Source: Eledone cirrhosa
Lineage: Eukaryota
NCBI GenBank assembly: GCA_964016885.1
Contig: OZ024740.1
Coordinates: 66,836,001 to 66,900,000, forward strand
Length of the DNA stretch: 64,000 bases
Direction: 5' to 3'
Shown: piece by piece, positions 44,530-59,089 of the stretch
Layout of the letters: every line of letters begins with the position of its first letter
Position numbering within the stretch: position 1 is the first letter of the stretch
The notes under the pieces: generated by a model
What the model saw: only the letters and a program-made list of their open reading frames with translations
Databases searched by the model: none
What the model was told of the DNA's origin: nothing
Translations under genes and position numbers: made by a program

Positions 44530-46050
44530 CACCATTCAAACCGGATCTGAGTTTCGTCCTCTATTTACGAAAATACACTTTTCTGAGCACATCGTTCATT
44601 TCTTTTCTATGGGTATCTGTTAAAGAGGATAAACACCTTGGCAATGCCAAATTTCCCCTTTTTGGCTTTCTGTTGTTCTTACATAGTTATGTCTTGACAT
44701 TTCTGCCTCTCTAAATGATTGTATGTTCTTTCCATGTTTATTCATCCATTTCGCATTATGAAATGTCTCTCTCCTTCATTCTGTTTTCCTAATTTCTTTA
44801 ATCTCATGAATTGAAGGGGGTTCTTTTACTTGAATTGTCTTTGTACCAATTTCCCTGCTTCGCTTATCAAATCTTTCGATTCTTTGAGCTTTCAGCAGTA
44901 ATTTCCGTTTCAGGGTTTCTTTGATTGATCAATTATCAAGGTTTGAAGTTATTTTGTATTTATTAATCACCTTCTTTCCTTTTCTTGACTTGACAGATTT
45001 CCCAGCATTTATTCCGGCCAAAATCGATATATTTCCCTCATCATTTGAATTTTTTCTAAATTTATATTTTCCAAAGTGGTTCTATAGTCAGATTTCTGTT
45101 ATTTTTGCTCTTTCCTTAACACAGATTTCTTTTATGCTGTTGCATAAATAACCTCATTTAAGTTTGATACATCAGTCTCAACCTCTTCAATTATTGACTT
45201 AAAAGCTTGATTTCCAATCCTCATGCGTCTTTTGATCTGGTTGTTGTTTGTCAGTTTTTACAAGAACTCTCTTTCACCTTTACTAATGTTTTTTTTTATT
45301 ATTTCTCCTAATTCATTGAGAATTTCTTGTTTGTTCAATCCGACCTGTATACACATGAGTAAAAATATCCCCATCCATATTGCCAATCTATCTTTCCGTT
45401 TGAACCTGTTCTGTTGTATATCAGATACGTTCAATATTTGTTAAAGTTCTTCTGTTGACAACTTAGTCAACATCTATCTATTTCTGATATTGATATTCTG
45501 AAATATGTTTCAACTAATAACGCTGTATCTGTTAATCTCTTGTTTTTAAGAAATCTTTTTTTAATTTGCAACTTTGTTTTCATCCATGTTCGGTTTGAAT
45601 CCTTGATTTCTTTCCCGCCATACCATAAAATAATTTACTGTGTTATTATTCTGATTGTTTGCACAATGAGTGACAGAATGTGTATATCACTTCTTGATAC
45701 TCTAATAGAGTCTATTTTATACGCTCAGATAGTTGTATTCCTTCCACTGCTGAACTTGGAAAACTTCGGTTGGGTATACTCTCCTTCGAGTTACAATTAG
45801 AGTCCGATTTAGAGAAGAGCTAATTTCAGCTGCTGACCTTTCGACCTATTTTTTCCCTTGTTAATCCAAGCGATGACCTATCCGTCAGTTAGATATTGAG
45901 GAGTTTTATGTTTGTTTCTTTTCGCGTATTATACTTCACTGCCAAGGGGTAATTTTGTTCATGATCCCACCTCTAGAAAGATTATCAACTAAGATTAGTA
46001 AGCTTGCCCTGTCCACGGGACAGGGCTACCCTCAATCGGAAACTAGTCAG
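44530..46050 (-). mobile_element. highly decayed LINE 5' portion (probably RTE-like endonuclease region)
   Basis: A-rich minus strand, microsatellite-free block and a WMG.F trace near 45370. No intact frame. Confidence 0.35.
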
Positions 46051-46814
46051 GTATTTCTCGACTATGGTGTTTGTTATTTTTAGAGCTGCCATTAATATTT
46101 CCTTCAAGTAAATATGTTGCGTTTAATAAAGACATCTTTACTACTACCACCTCCGATAACGCTATTACTATTGTTATTATCATTATCAACATTATTATTA
46201 TTATTATCATTATTGTCATCACCATTATAGTTGTTGTTGTTGTTTTTGTCCTTGTCGCTACATTATGTAGCCATTCTAACAGTGATGTTATCATCGTTTT
46301 TATTGTTGTTATAGTCTGAGTTGTTACTGATATTGTTGTTGTTTTTTTTTATGTGCCTTTCTACAGAAAAAAATGTTTAGGTAGATTGTAGTTATCGTTG
46401 TCCTTATTGTTAATTTCTGATTTGTTGCTAATTTTGTTCTTATTCTTCTTGCTCTTTACGTCTTCGCCTGACCCGACTTCCGTAACCAGTGAAAAGGCTT
46501 TGCGGATACCACTATGCATGGATGGTAGATAGGTTAACATCTGTGACTGCAACTTCTTCCTCAAAATTTAAAATAGCCATTTTAAATTTTTTTGAAAATT
46601 CAAATAGGAAAAATTATGAAACGTGGTGCATGACCCCTTTCTCCGTTGGAAAATATATGACACTTCTACAGCGTTTGGATGGTCACTTAACAAAAAATAA
46701 ATTCTGAAAACTGTCCTGCTGCAATCGGTGAAAATATGTAAATCTGAGCAAAAACCTACTCCCGAATGAACCAGTTTGTGTAGACACCAGTGGCTTCATT
46801 ATTATTCATATTCA

Positions 46815-46995
46815 GAGTGGTGGATTGGCAGTATCGGTAGAGAGTCGGATGCCATGCTTTGTGGCATAGGGTTACGTCCCTTTACGGTCTGAGATCAAAT
46901 CCTTGCGAGGTTTACTTTGCCTTACGGGGTCGATAAAATAAAGTACCAGTAATGCACTGGGATAACTGCTGATATTGTGCCAAATATAGAAACAA
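46815..46995 (+). mobile_element. family S1 SINE (another at 47450-47655)
   Basis: GGATTGGCAGTATCGGTAGAG head, GAGATCAAATCC B-box-like motif and GGGGTCGATAAAATAAAGTACCAG core. Confidence 0.8.
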
Positions 46996-47946
46996 TTATT
47001 CATATTCATTTTCACAGTGATGATCTTATTAACACGGTATCATTTAATTGGCTCTCTATATAGCTGTGTAACCTCCAATAAACAGTACTTTCTGCTGTTC
47101 TCAAAAGGCCTGATTTTATTTGATCATGAGCAGCTATCAATCAACTTTCTCTCTGTCTCTTAAGATCACATGTTGTCAATGAATTCCATGAAGATCATAC
47201 TTTTAGTTCCCCCGTTCCCTTTTGAAAAAGATCATGTAATTTCATACTCTCTCATCGGCACAATTTCTCAGCAAGCAGCCTCTGTGTTTAATCTTATTTA
47301 CTTTCAAAGTTTCCAATCTAAGACGTCTGCTTTTAGCAACACGCATTAAATCTTCTTTCTACGCAAATCTGGACAAAAACTTATTTTCGAATGAACCTAC
47401 CTGTGTAGAACTCATAGCATTGTTATTATTATCGTTTTTAATATTATTGAATTGGAAGAATCGGTAGAGTGTCGGACATCATTTACACCATCGAGTTACA
47501 CCCTTTTACGTTCTGAGTTCAAATCCCGCTAAGGATAGATTCGCCTGTTATTCTAACGGCGTCGAAAAATAAAGGAACAGAAATCTACTGGGGTCGATTT
47601 TATCGACATTTTCCTCTCCCCAAATGATTGACCTTGTGTTTAAATCAGAGACCAATATTATTACTGTTATTATTAAATTTCTTACTATCCTTGTTTTTTA
47701 TTTTTTGTTCTATTATGTTTATCCTGTCAACATCTTAATCGGAGTAATGTGTTGAAACTATTGTAAAGTATTGAATGCGTTACGAACTCTAATCTATCAT
47801 CTTAATTTGTCCTATGTTCTGTGTTATATATGCTACGATTTTCATCTACTTTTCAATAATACTTCTCTATATTTCTATCTATAATGATATAAACACGCCG
47901 AGCTTAAGTATCATTCACTGACAAAATCAAAACTCTAATCAGTTAA

Positions 47947-48001
<55 letters not shown>

Positions 48002-48059
48002 AGTAAGTAAGTTAATTTTTATTTTTCTATTTTTTTAAAGAAATTTTCTTATTTTACTT

Positions 48060-48132
<73 letters not shown>

Positions 48133-48206
48133 TACATATATATATATATATATATATATGTGTGTATATATATGTATATATGTATATATATATATATACA
48201 CACGCG

Positions 48207-48237
<31 letters not shown>

Positions 48238-48468
48238 GTCTGAGTGTGTGTATATGCATGTGCGTGTTGTGTGTGTATTCACAGGAGTGTAATCGTGTGT
48301 GGATATCAAAACCATATATATGGCAATTACTAGCACAGAATTCGGAATGGATTCGTGCCAAGATTCCCATTCGGAAATGATAACACCAATACCGCATCCA
48401 AATTCTTCTTTTTCTTTTTGTTTAGAGACAAGGCAACATTCAAATTTCTGTAACTTTCATTCACACAT

Positions 48469-48510
<42 letters not shown>

Positions 48511-48535
48511 GCGCATGCACGTGTGGGCGTATATT

Positions 48536-48600
<65 letters not shown>

Positions 48601-48611
48601 GAGAGTGTGTG

Positions 48612-48674
<63 letters not shown>

Positions 48675-49815
48675 ATGTGTGCGTGGGTGTGTGAGTGTAC
48701 GTGTGAGTGTGTGTATATATGTTTTATATATTTACATGTATTGATAGAAAGTAAAAGATATAAAAATAGCCAAATAAAGAGATAGGTAGATAAATCTTCC
48801 TTCTGGATATTTATGTTTTTCGAACTAGGAAATTCATTTTCCCATAAATTTAGTATACAATACATTAGTAGATATCTTCTAAATTTGATAATAAATCCTG
48901 TAGACTGAACAGAATTAATAAATGTTTTCCCTTTCTATAAGTAAATGGCCCTCTATCGTCTTGTGTTAGTGGTGGTGGTGGTTGTGGTGGTGGTTGTGTT
49001 TGTACGGAGGTGTTGCTGGTTGTTCTGGTGATGGTGATGGTGGCGGTGTTAGTGGTAGTAATTTTATTAGTAGAACTTTGAAGAGGAACCCATATATATG
49101 ACACTCTATATATATTCAGGGAGCGTGAATTTACTTACTTAGAAAGAAGGCTTTGTGTGAAAAAAATATACATGCTAGTTAAATCCTTTCATTTTCTGAT
49201 AAGGAAAAGAAAATGAAAGACAGTGTATATCTGCACAAATACCTAATCTACCTCAGTTTTATTATCAGATTTATTCTTGTAGACAGAAATCAAACATCTC
49301 GAGATTTTGTGTTTCACATCTTGCAAAGATCTGATATGAGGATATAGAATAGAAGTCAGGTTTACCGCTATGCACATAGATATATAGATGTATACTGCCA
49401 ACCAATGATAATTTCAAAGCAACTAGTACGATTTCGCTCATGGATATATGTGCAAATGAAATTGAAACGAATCTCGCTCTCCGCCATCTAACACTGTGCT
49501 AGCTAAATATATGGGTTGTAGCAACTAGAAAAAGAAAATGTTGCACAAGCATTGGGATAGAATTTTCTTTATTGGTCACAATATTCTGATATGCAAAGTA
49601 GTCCGCAGCGGAATTTAGACGAAATGCACAGAGTGGAAACATATATCGCAATCCATCATTTGCGTGGGTTTTCCGTATCGTCCAAGCAGCCTCATATACA
49701 CATACACATACACCCTAAGCCTTGTTGGATTACTGGTGGGTCAAAAAAAGTGATTAACATAGAGCTTCTATCACATTTAACGAGATTTATATTGGTTAAC
49801 ACCAACAACAATATA

Positions 49816-49846
<31 letters not shown>

Positions 49847-50106
49847 TACGATCGGCTTTCGTCAAATCGGACCGAGCAAACAATGTTTCCTTTAGTCTTT
49901 CAAATTGTTAATACTATCTATCGGTCGCAACTTCAGGTAGAAAGAGCAACGGTAAATAAAGTGTCTTGCTCAAGGACATATTACATCACCCGGTCCGGGA
50001 AACGAATCATAAGCTCACGATTGCGAATCCAATTCTCTAACCACTCAGCCACACGCCTTCACACACACACATATATATATATATATATACATACGTATAT
50101 ATATAC

Positions 50107-50224
<118 letters not shown>

Positions 50225-50395
50225 AAATAACGAAACGAAATTAAATTTCGTTTCGTTATTTCTTTTTATCGTCTCCGCTGAACCGGTACGTACTCACGCT
50301 CTATGCAAGTTAGTCTGCCCACTACTAATTTTCATAGAAAAAGCATATAACGATATGTGCTTTTACGATTCTCCAGAGAGGCCGGAAGATAGGTA

Positions 50396-50440
50396 AATAT
50401 TGCTGATTAGTTGTAACAACAACGAAACTAGTTCAATATT
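50396..50440 (+). ncRNA. hammerhead motif in a diverged family A relative (G8 mutated)
   Basis: aatattg-CTGATTA-gttgt aaca acaac-GAAA-C TA G-TT-caatatt. Confidence 0.65.
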
Positions 50441-50658
50441 CCTTGTCTGGCTTTCTGGAGAATAGAGGAAAGGTGTTTCCTCAAAAACCAGTATGACTCT
50501 AAAAACCGGTTTGTCTGTGTGTTTACATACAGAATAGCTGGACACTCACAGTAAAGTGACCAGAGAAAAACTTGGTACATTTACATATGTATACGTGTGT
50601 GTATTCATATGCATACTAGTATTTCAGTATACATATGTGGATGTACATTTTTAACTTA

Positions 50659-50742
<84 letters not shown>

Positions 50743-50985
50743 TATATATAGATATATCGTAATACGAGGTGAGCATCCAGTAAGGTGAAACAATTGTTCT
50801 CGGTATGGTGAACTAACTGTTGTATAACCACTTCTACCGAACTCGTCCCATGGACTGAGTGCTCTACCACTACGGATATTACCTTCCAGTGGTCTACCAC
50901 TATATATATATATTTATATATATATATATATATATATATAAAGAGAGGGAGAGAGAAATGCATACATGCATACATACATGCATGC

Positions 50986-52395
50986 ATCATCATCATCATC
51001 ATCGTTTAACGTCCATCTTCTACGCTAGCATGGGTTTGGACGGGAATTTTCTCACTTGAGGTGTGATTGCTTGTCTTGCTCGTATAGGACTGTCTGGTGG
51101 GTTTTCTACGGCTGGATGCCCTTCCTAACACCAACCACGTTTACAGTGTGGACTGGGAGGTTTTTACCGTGTTACCTACACAACCATATTACAGCGTGGA
51201 CTGTGTCTTTATTTGTCGTGACACATACACGACCTCATTTATTTAGGACTGTATGTTGTGGTACCAACATCACTTTACATCGAAAGGGGTGGTGTGGATG
51301 GGTTGGGGGTCGTGTGAGAGCGGGGATTTTTGTTAGGAGGTGCCTACTGACTGTAGGTTTCGCTTTGTACTTAGGCAAGGCGGGTTTTCTGTCTTACTGC
51401 GTAACAACAAAGATCTCGGCCCAGTGGAATTGTCTTGGAGAGGTGTAAGTGTGTGAGGTCGGAATTTATCAAGTCGTCCCAGGTTTTTCTGGGTCTGCCT
51501 ACTCCGTGGCTACCGTCTATTTTTATCGCCCTGCACTTTTTTATAAAGCTGTCGTCTTTCATGCACATCACGTGACCATACCAACCAAGTCTTCTCTCGA
51601 GTAAACAGCCTCTGATCCCTCTTATTCCTAATTTCTCACTTAGTTCATTTATGCTTTGCCGTTCACGTATATTACTATTACACATCCAACGGAGCATGCA
51701 AGCGTTGTTCCACTCCCGTCTGCGTACATCCTCTGCACACAATGCCCAAGTCTCACTGCCATGTAACATTGCTGTTCGTATGCAGGCATCATACAGCCTG
51801 CCTTTCAGTTTTAGATGGAACCCTTTAGCGGCCAATAGTGGTATAAGCTCTCTGAACTTTTTCCATCACGTTCTGACTCTAGCTACTGTACTTTCAGAGC
51901 ACCCTCCACCACTGCTGATTTTGTCACCCAGGTAACGGAAGGTGTCCACTTTTTCTATAGAACCATCTGTGCAATGGAATGAGCTAGTATTCTGTGGGCA
52001 CATGTGGCTACTTAGTGCACCTGAGCACCGGCCACATATAAAATCTATATTCTTAGTTAGCTTACATGTGATCCCACTACATCTTTTAAGCACCCATACT
52101 TTGCATTTGGGACATAACATGGTGTGTCTGCCTACTCCTTTCCTACACACTGAGCATGGCCATTTCCCAGAAGGGACCAGTGCCCTATTTTCCTTCCTAC
52201 ATACTAGAACTTTAGTCTTAGACAGGTTAATTTTAAGGCCTTTTGATTCTACGCCATGCTTCGATGTTTGGAATTTCTTCTCTAGTTCAGCCATTGATTT
52301 AGCTATGAGCGTTGGATCATCTGCGTATAGGAATTCCCATGGGCAGCCGGTCTTGAACTCCTCTGTTACAGCCTGAAGGGCAATAATAAATAATA
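50986..52395 (-). mobile_element. 5'-truncated RTE-clade LINE with a Cys-rich insert in RT and a (GAT)n tail
   Basis: LLFII..EFLYADD..KINLSKTKV, FRYLGD, KGRLYDACIR.AMLHGSETW, RRLGWYGHV, GRPRKTW. One stop at 51866; tail appears as (CAT)n at 50986-51003. Confidence 0.92.
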
Positions 52396-52687
52396 AATGT
52401 ATGCATACATCCATACATACATACCTAATTCGTCCAGGTCACTTTAGTATTTTTACTTTACAATTTTACGCTCAATTGCATACAATCGAATGTAGAGGAT
52501 ATTTTGAAAATGTTATTTATTCGTTTGAAAAATTAAATGATTGCATTTTAGTTGTGGCTTCGGACTCTGTCTCCTGGCAATCACTGCATATACGCACACA
52601 AACACATACACACATACACGCGCATACACGCACGCACACACGCGCGCGTGCGCACGCACATACACACCAACACACACACATACAGAC

Positions 52688-52764
<77 letters not shown>

Positions 52765-53060
52765 AGTCATTGTAATAAAAATTCACCCTCCACGCCTACT
52801 ATAGTATATTGTTGGAGGTTCCTCGCAAGGTAGAGAGTATACTTTGCTAATCTCGTCGAGGAGAAAGAAGAAAAGCAATAAGATTCGCTAGGGGTGTATA
52901 GTATATTTAGAAGTCAAAATCTGAGAACATGGACAGACAATTAAAGAATACGAATACAAGCATTTCTCATCAGTTAACATCTGAAGGTCATTACAAATTG
53001 ACTGCTTTAAATTCAATAACACCCCTTTTATACGTGCATGCATATATGTATATAAATGTA

Positions 53061-53138
<78 letters not shown>

Positions 53139-53144
53139 AGTAGA

Positions 53145-53530
53145 TGACCCCTTAGCCTTTGTCAAGGCAGAATTCTAGGAGAAGGAAAACTCTGATATAA
53201 CACCTGCAACCCTGATGGTATCCAGTTCTTCTTTTTGGTAAATACCGTCCTGGTTAAGAGAGTGGGACTGGCTTTGTGCAGTGCCTTTGTTCACTATAAA
53301 AGCTTCACGGCACAGGCATTGCTTTATATCTGGAGATCTCTCTGCATTTGGCGTCACATGGTACCATGGGCCAAGCACTATGTGTCAATAATTGTCACAA
53401 GTGTAGTGTTTGTACCAGAGTTTTCAAGTCGCTGGCTGGACTGAAAATTCACACTCGTTCAGCGCATCGGTAGGGGTTCTCCTACATGGATATAAAGTAG
53501 TGGCCGTACTCGAAAACGAGTTGGCAACCA

Positions 53531-53533
<3 letters not shown>
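53145..53533 (+). mobile_element. truncated family H copy between TA tracts
   Basis: Reverse complement of ~28403-28805. Confidence 0.85.
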
Positions 53534-53623
<90 letters not shown>

Positions 53624-54634
53624 CCAACAAATTAAATATCCCTTTTTTTGGTTATATATATATATATAAATCATACAATTTATATTGATCTCCAGATTTT
53701 AACTGATGAGAAATGCTTGTATCCAGATCCATTAATTGTCTGTGCTCTGTCTCCTCGCCGGAATTAGCAAAATATTCTCTCTACGTTGCGAGGATGCATA
53801 CCTCTTCAGAGGGAACCTCCAAAGATATACTATTAGTAGACGTGGAGGGTAATTTTGTATTACAATGTCTGCTGGTGGTCTACCAAAAGAATTTATTTTT
53901 ATATCTAATATCACTTTTCATCTTAAAACGAAAGGTTCTCCCATATCTTAACGTTAGATATCTTTATTGCTGGCGATGTTGTACTAATATGCCAGTTTCA
54001 GCACTCGGTTATCAAACGGAAACGTAAAAGCCAAAGTAACTATCTTCACTGCAGCGTCCCTCTCTGCCGTTATACATGGTCGTGAATCTTGGGCAATAAT
54101 CTAAAGAATACAACAGCGAATACATGCGGCCGAAATTATACCTCCGAACGGTACTTGATAGAGTGTGTGTGCGTTGCACGGAGAAATTTGTTGTTCCCGT
54201 TTGTAAAATAAGTTGGATCACTTTGAATAAATAATGAATGAATATTACATAATTTATCTACTAAGTTTCGTTATTATTGATTAAATATAAATAATTGTGT
54301 TGCTTATTTTAAGATTCACTTCTATAAAATGTTCAATTGTCAACACTTCCGGTTAGCGATCGCTTAAATAAACATTCATATATTTCTGTCACTAATCTTC
54401 TCCTAATGCACTTTATATATAATATCATCTTTTTTTAATGTTTCATGGATTACGTTACTGTTTACATAAGACAGTGTAACGTAGTATTCGTTCAATTTAT
54501 GTGTATGTTGTCAATTACGATTTTATTTGATGTATTATATCTCCATGCATATATACTTGCGTATAATATCAATATGCACACGATATAATATCACACAATA
54601 TGCACACGATATAATATCAATATGCACATGATGG

Positions 54635-54670
54635 GCAGAAAACCACCCTTCGGGTGGTTTTTCTGCTAGT
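54635..54670 (+). mobile_element. Helitron-like 3' terminus (hairpin + CTAG|T)
   Basis: GCAGAAAACCACCC TTC GGGTGGTTTTTCTG immediately followed by CTAGT. Confidence 0.45.
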
Positions 54671-55420
54671 GTATATAATTATGTACATATGTCCTTATTA
54701 TACACATATATGGGTGTATGTGTGTGTGTAGGCGTATGTCTGCATATATGTGGGTGCGTGCGAAAGTGTTTATGAATATCTATGCAATGTCTGTTAGGGT
54801 GAATGAATGTGAATATACAGAGAACATTTCGAATACCATATTATTTACTATAGCGAACAGCTACATTAGAAGCATGTTCAAACGTAGATATCATAAGCAA
54901 TTTATTCTTGTGAATGTGGGATTCCCTATGATACATTTACTTTAATATATCCCTAGGTTTCGATTGTCAACTACCGAATATCTAAATAAGGAATATATGT
55001 TATATTAGCAAACCCATTGTAAAAGATCCATCGCTTATTATCTGACGTAAAAACAAATCCGCAAGAGTTGTTCTTGTGTAATTCCTTTTTAAATCCGTTA
55101 TGCACGCGCGTAATTATACTGAAAATAATGACCATCTGTTAACATACTGTATAATGTTAGATTTAACCAATATGTTGCAAAGAAGCATATAATTAGAATG
55201 TCATTTACTATTTCAGAGCTCTATCCAGATTCGCATAGCCTGCCTCCATTGTATTTCTCTCTCTATTTCTCTCTTCATCTCACTCTCTCTCTCTGTCTAT
55301 ATATATATATATAAACATATATATATATATATATGTAGGAGGTGAGTTTTATTGTAGTACAATAAAGCAATGCAGATATCGGATAAGAAGCACTCTACAG
55401 TTTGCAGGACTGGAGTATAC

Positions 55421-55746
55421 ATAATATAAGATCAAAAGATGGTTAAAGGAGTTCCATGTATTTTATTATGCGCATTTCAAAAACAAACATCATCATGCAA
55501 TAATATTTGTGTTTTCATCAGATAAAACAGAAGAACATGATATGAAGGCTAAAAAACACTTGTGGATAGTGCAGTTTTAAATCAACATGTTGATTTAAAA
55601 CTGCACTATCCACAAGTGTTTTTTAGCCTTCATATCATGTTCTCCTGTTTTATCTGATGAAAACACAAATATTATTGCATGATGATGTTTGTTTTTGAAA
55701 TGCGCATAATAAAATACATGGAACTCCTTTAACCATCTTTTGATCT

Positions 55747-55754
<8 letters not shown>
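55421..55754. repeat. 334 bp spacer-less palindrome (1 mismatch seen), HHR on each strand
   Basis: Centre ACA|TGT at 55587/55588; right arm runs into (TA)n. Confidence 0.95.
55646..55718 (+). ncRNA. type-I hammerhead ribozyme motif (mirror copy at 55457-55529, minus strand)
   Basis: tgttttat-CTGATGA-aaacacaaatatt..gatgtttgttttt-GAAA-T GCGC A-TA-ataaaataca. Palindromic GCGC loop, AUA triplet. Confidence 0.82.
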
Positions 55755-55840
<86 letters not shown>

Positions 55841-55887
55841 ATGTGTGTAAAATAAAATGTGGAGAGGAGGCACACGAGTTAGGATAT

Positions 55888-57996
55888 ATATATATATATG
55901 AAAACAAGGAGAAATAGACTATTGTGAGGAAGAAAAATATATTGTTTTCCTTTTTTGTTTCTCTCTCTCTTTTTTCTGGGTTAGAAAATGATTAAAACGA
56001 AATGTTTTATTTTGTGTGAAGTGTTAAGGTATTAGTTAATTTATTTATTATTTAACAATGGCATTTATTTATCTATTTATATATATAATTATTGTCTATT
56101 ACCGGTTTCAGCATTTATATGCATTATCAAATGATAGTGAAATGTATTAGTGTGGTGTCGCACATGTTAAACAGAAGGTGCAGAAAGAATAATGTTATAT
56201 ACAAACAAGGTTTAAGAAGTGAAAAGAAAAGAGAAAAAGGAAAAAAAGAAAAACAAAAACGTGCATAATGTTTCTAACGTAAAAAGTAAATGTGGAAGAA
56301 AACATAATGTTATTTACAAGCACAGTCATTGAAGTTAAGAAGTTCAAAATGTGTTAATATCGCAAGAGTGCTTAGTTGAACCATGGTTCCGTGAAGGAGG
56401 CAAATGGTGGACTGTGGTTTGATATGATTTCCCTTTTTAGAGAGTTAATATGCAGGGGAAACAATTCTTGCTGGGTGATATTTAATTTATTTAGAGAAAA
56501 AGGATTAGGTAGGGTGTGAGGGAAGTAACACTTGTAAATGTTTGATGGTTTGTTGCAGTTTTAGATTGGTCCAATATTAGGGCATTGAGTAGTGGTTGAA
56601 ATTTATTAATGAAATGTGTTTCCTTATTGGTTCGTTGGATGAAAGTAGCGTTGTCTCTGAATCTGTAAATGGGGAACATTTTAAAGTTTGGATGTTGGTT
56701 GAGGGCACAATCAGTGATATGTTCACTACATGCAATCTTTCTGTATTCCTGTATTTTAATTTATGATTTATGGACGGTCATACGTTGACGGAGGCTGTTT
56801 TTGTTTGTCCTATGTAGTGCTCTTGACAACCTGAGCAGGTCATACGTCCAAACACACAACATCATAAAGAGCAAAAGACAACCTAAATCCATACAAAACA
56901 TCCTCACACAAGCCAAAATCCAACAAACCCTCACAATTACCCCTATAGTAACAAAATGCGGAAGGCCCAACAGTGCCATATGCATAAATCTCATAGGAGG
57001 TTCAACATTCCATTTTAAATAGGGACAATCTTTAACAGTTAAATGCAACTTTACATGTGCATTTGAAAACCGTATCTATGTTTTGACCTGCTCAGGTTGT
57101 CAAGGGCATTACATAGGACAAACAAAAAACAGCCTCTGTCAACGTATGACCGTCCATAAATCACAAATTAAAATACAGGAATACAGAAAGATTGCATTTA
57201 GTGAACATATCGCCAATTGTGCTCTCAACCAACATCCAAACTTTAAAATTTCCCCCATTTACAAATTCATAGACAACGCTACTTTCCTCCAACGTACCAA
57301 TAAGGAAACACATTTCATTAATAAATTTCAACCACCAATCAATGCCCTAAAAATCGGACCAATCTAAAATTGCAACAAACCATTAAACATTTACAAGATT
57401 TACCTCCCTCACACCCTACCTATTCCTTTTTCTTAAATAAATTAAATATCACGCAGCAAAATTGCTTCACCCTGACTATTAACTCTCTAAAAAGGGAAAT
57501 CATATCAAACCAGTCAACCATTTGCCTCCTTCACGGAACCATGGTTCAACTAAGCACTCTTGCGTTATTAACACATTTTGAACTTTGTAACTTCAATGAC
57601 TGTGCTTGTAAATAACATTATTTTTTCTTCCACATTGACTTTTTACGTTCCACATTATGCACCGTTTTGTTTTTCTTTTTTTTCCTTTTTCTTTTTTCTT
57701 TTCACTTATTAAACCTTGTTTGTATATAACATTATTCTTTCTGCACCATCTGTTTAACATTTCACTATCATTTGATAATGCATATAAATGCTGAAACCGG
57801 TAATAGACAATAATTAAATATATAAATAGATAAATAAATGACATTGTTAAATAATAAATAAATCAACTAATAACTTAACACTCCACACAAAGTAAAAAAT
57901 TTCGTTTTAATCATTTTCTAACCCAGGAAAAAGAGAGAGAAACAAAAGAGGAAAAACATATATATTTTTTCCTCATAATCGTCTCTTTCTCCCTGT

Positions 57997-58000
<4 letters not shown>
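55888..58000. mobile_element. Neptune-like PLE 3' end (GIY-YIG + pLTR) as an inverted pair with ~930 bp arms
   Basis: Plus strand 56843-57367 reads KSKRQPKSIQNIL..KCGRPN..IYVLTCSGCQGHYIGQT.NSL.QRMTVH. 55888-56842 is the reverse complement of 57084-58000. Confidence 0.88.
57765..57806 (+). ncRNA. hammerhead motif, U3-A8 variant, in the PLE pLTR (mirror copy at ~56096-56137)
   Basis: TTGATAA-t gcat ataa atgc t-GAAA-C CG G-TA-atag. Confidence 0.6.
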
Positions 58001-58074
<74 letters not shown>

Positions 58075-58461
58075 GAACTCATAAGAGTCAACGGTCATCC
58101 AATAGTGTGTAAATATGTATATACACATGTACCGCACAGTTAAACCAATGGGAGTGAAGGACCCCTAGCCTTTGTCAGGGCATTCTTCTAGGAGAACATA
58201 TCTCAGGAAACTGGGATAACTCCGATATAAAACCTGCGGTTCAGTAGTTAACGATGATGTTGATCTTTTCTTCTTTTCGGGTTAAAGCTACTGTCGCTCA
58301 GAGAGTGGGATTGGTTCAGTGCACAGTCTTTCCTCACTTAAAAAAAAATCTTCATGCACATGCATTGCACGATAGAATTAATTAATAATATTTTATAATG
58401 GTATATCATGCAATGGTCATACTCGATAACGAGGGGGCAGCCATCATCATATATGTATATA

Positions 58462-58582
<121 letters not shown>

Positions 58583-59089
58583 GGAGAGAGGGGGGAGAGA
58601 GCGATATAGATCTTTTGTCGCTCGCATCACCAGTCTAAGGAGAAGATCGATACTGGAGTCGTGTCCATAATTCATATGTGTCACTTTGAGCCAATCCTCT
58701 GTGAAATGCGCGTAACAGGTTGATATGCAATAAATATGTTTCATATGTAAACGAAAGTTCCTCATTTTTTCTTATTATATAAATTCTACCTGTGCATAGA
58801 CTGCTTGATTTGGTGCCAATTATATATATATATATATATATATATTTATAGAGAGAGAGAGGGAGAGGGAGAGCCAGGGTGTGTAACGGGAGCTTACTGC
58901 AGGTTTATCCAGGGGAGCACCCCGATGTTTAGGTTCACGTCAGTATTGAGGTGTAGAGCTACACAGAGGGAAATATAGTAATACAAGGACGATTTTTTTT
59001 TATTTGTAACGCGTCTTTAGCTATTAATCAGCTCATGGTTTGATCTGTATCGATCTATCTGTATATATATATATATTAGAAAGTGAGGG

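Noticed and set aside
54635-54666. Bacterial rho-independent terminator
   Set aside because: The context is eukaryotic with no upstream gene; the CTAGT ending fits a Helitron end better.
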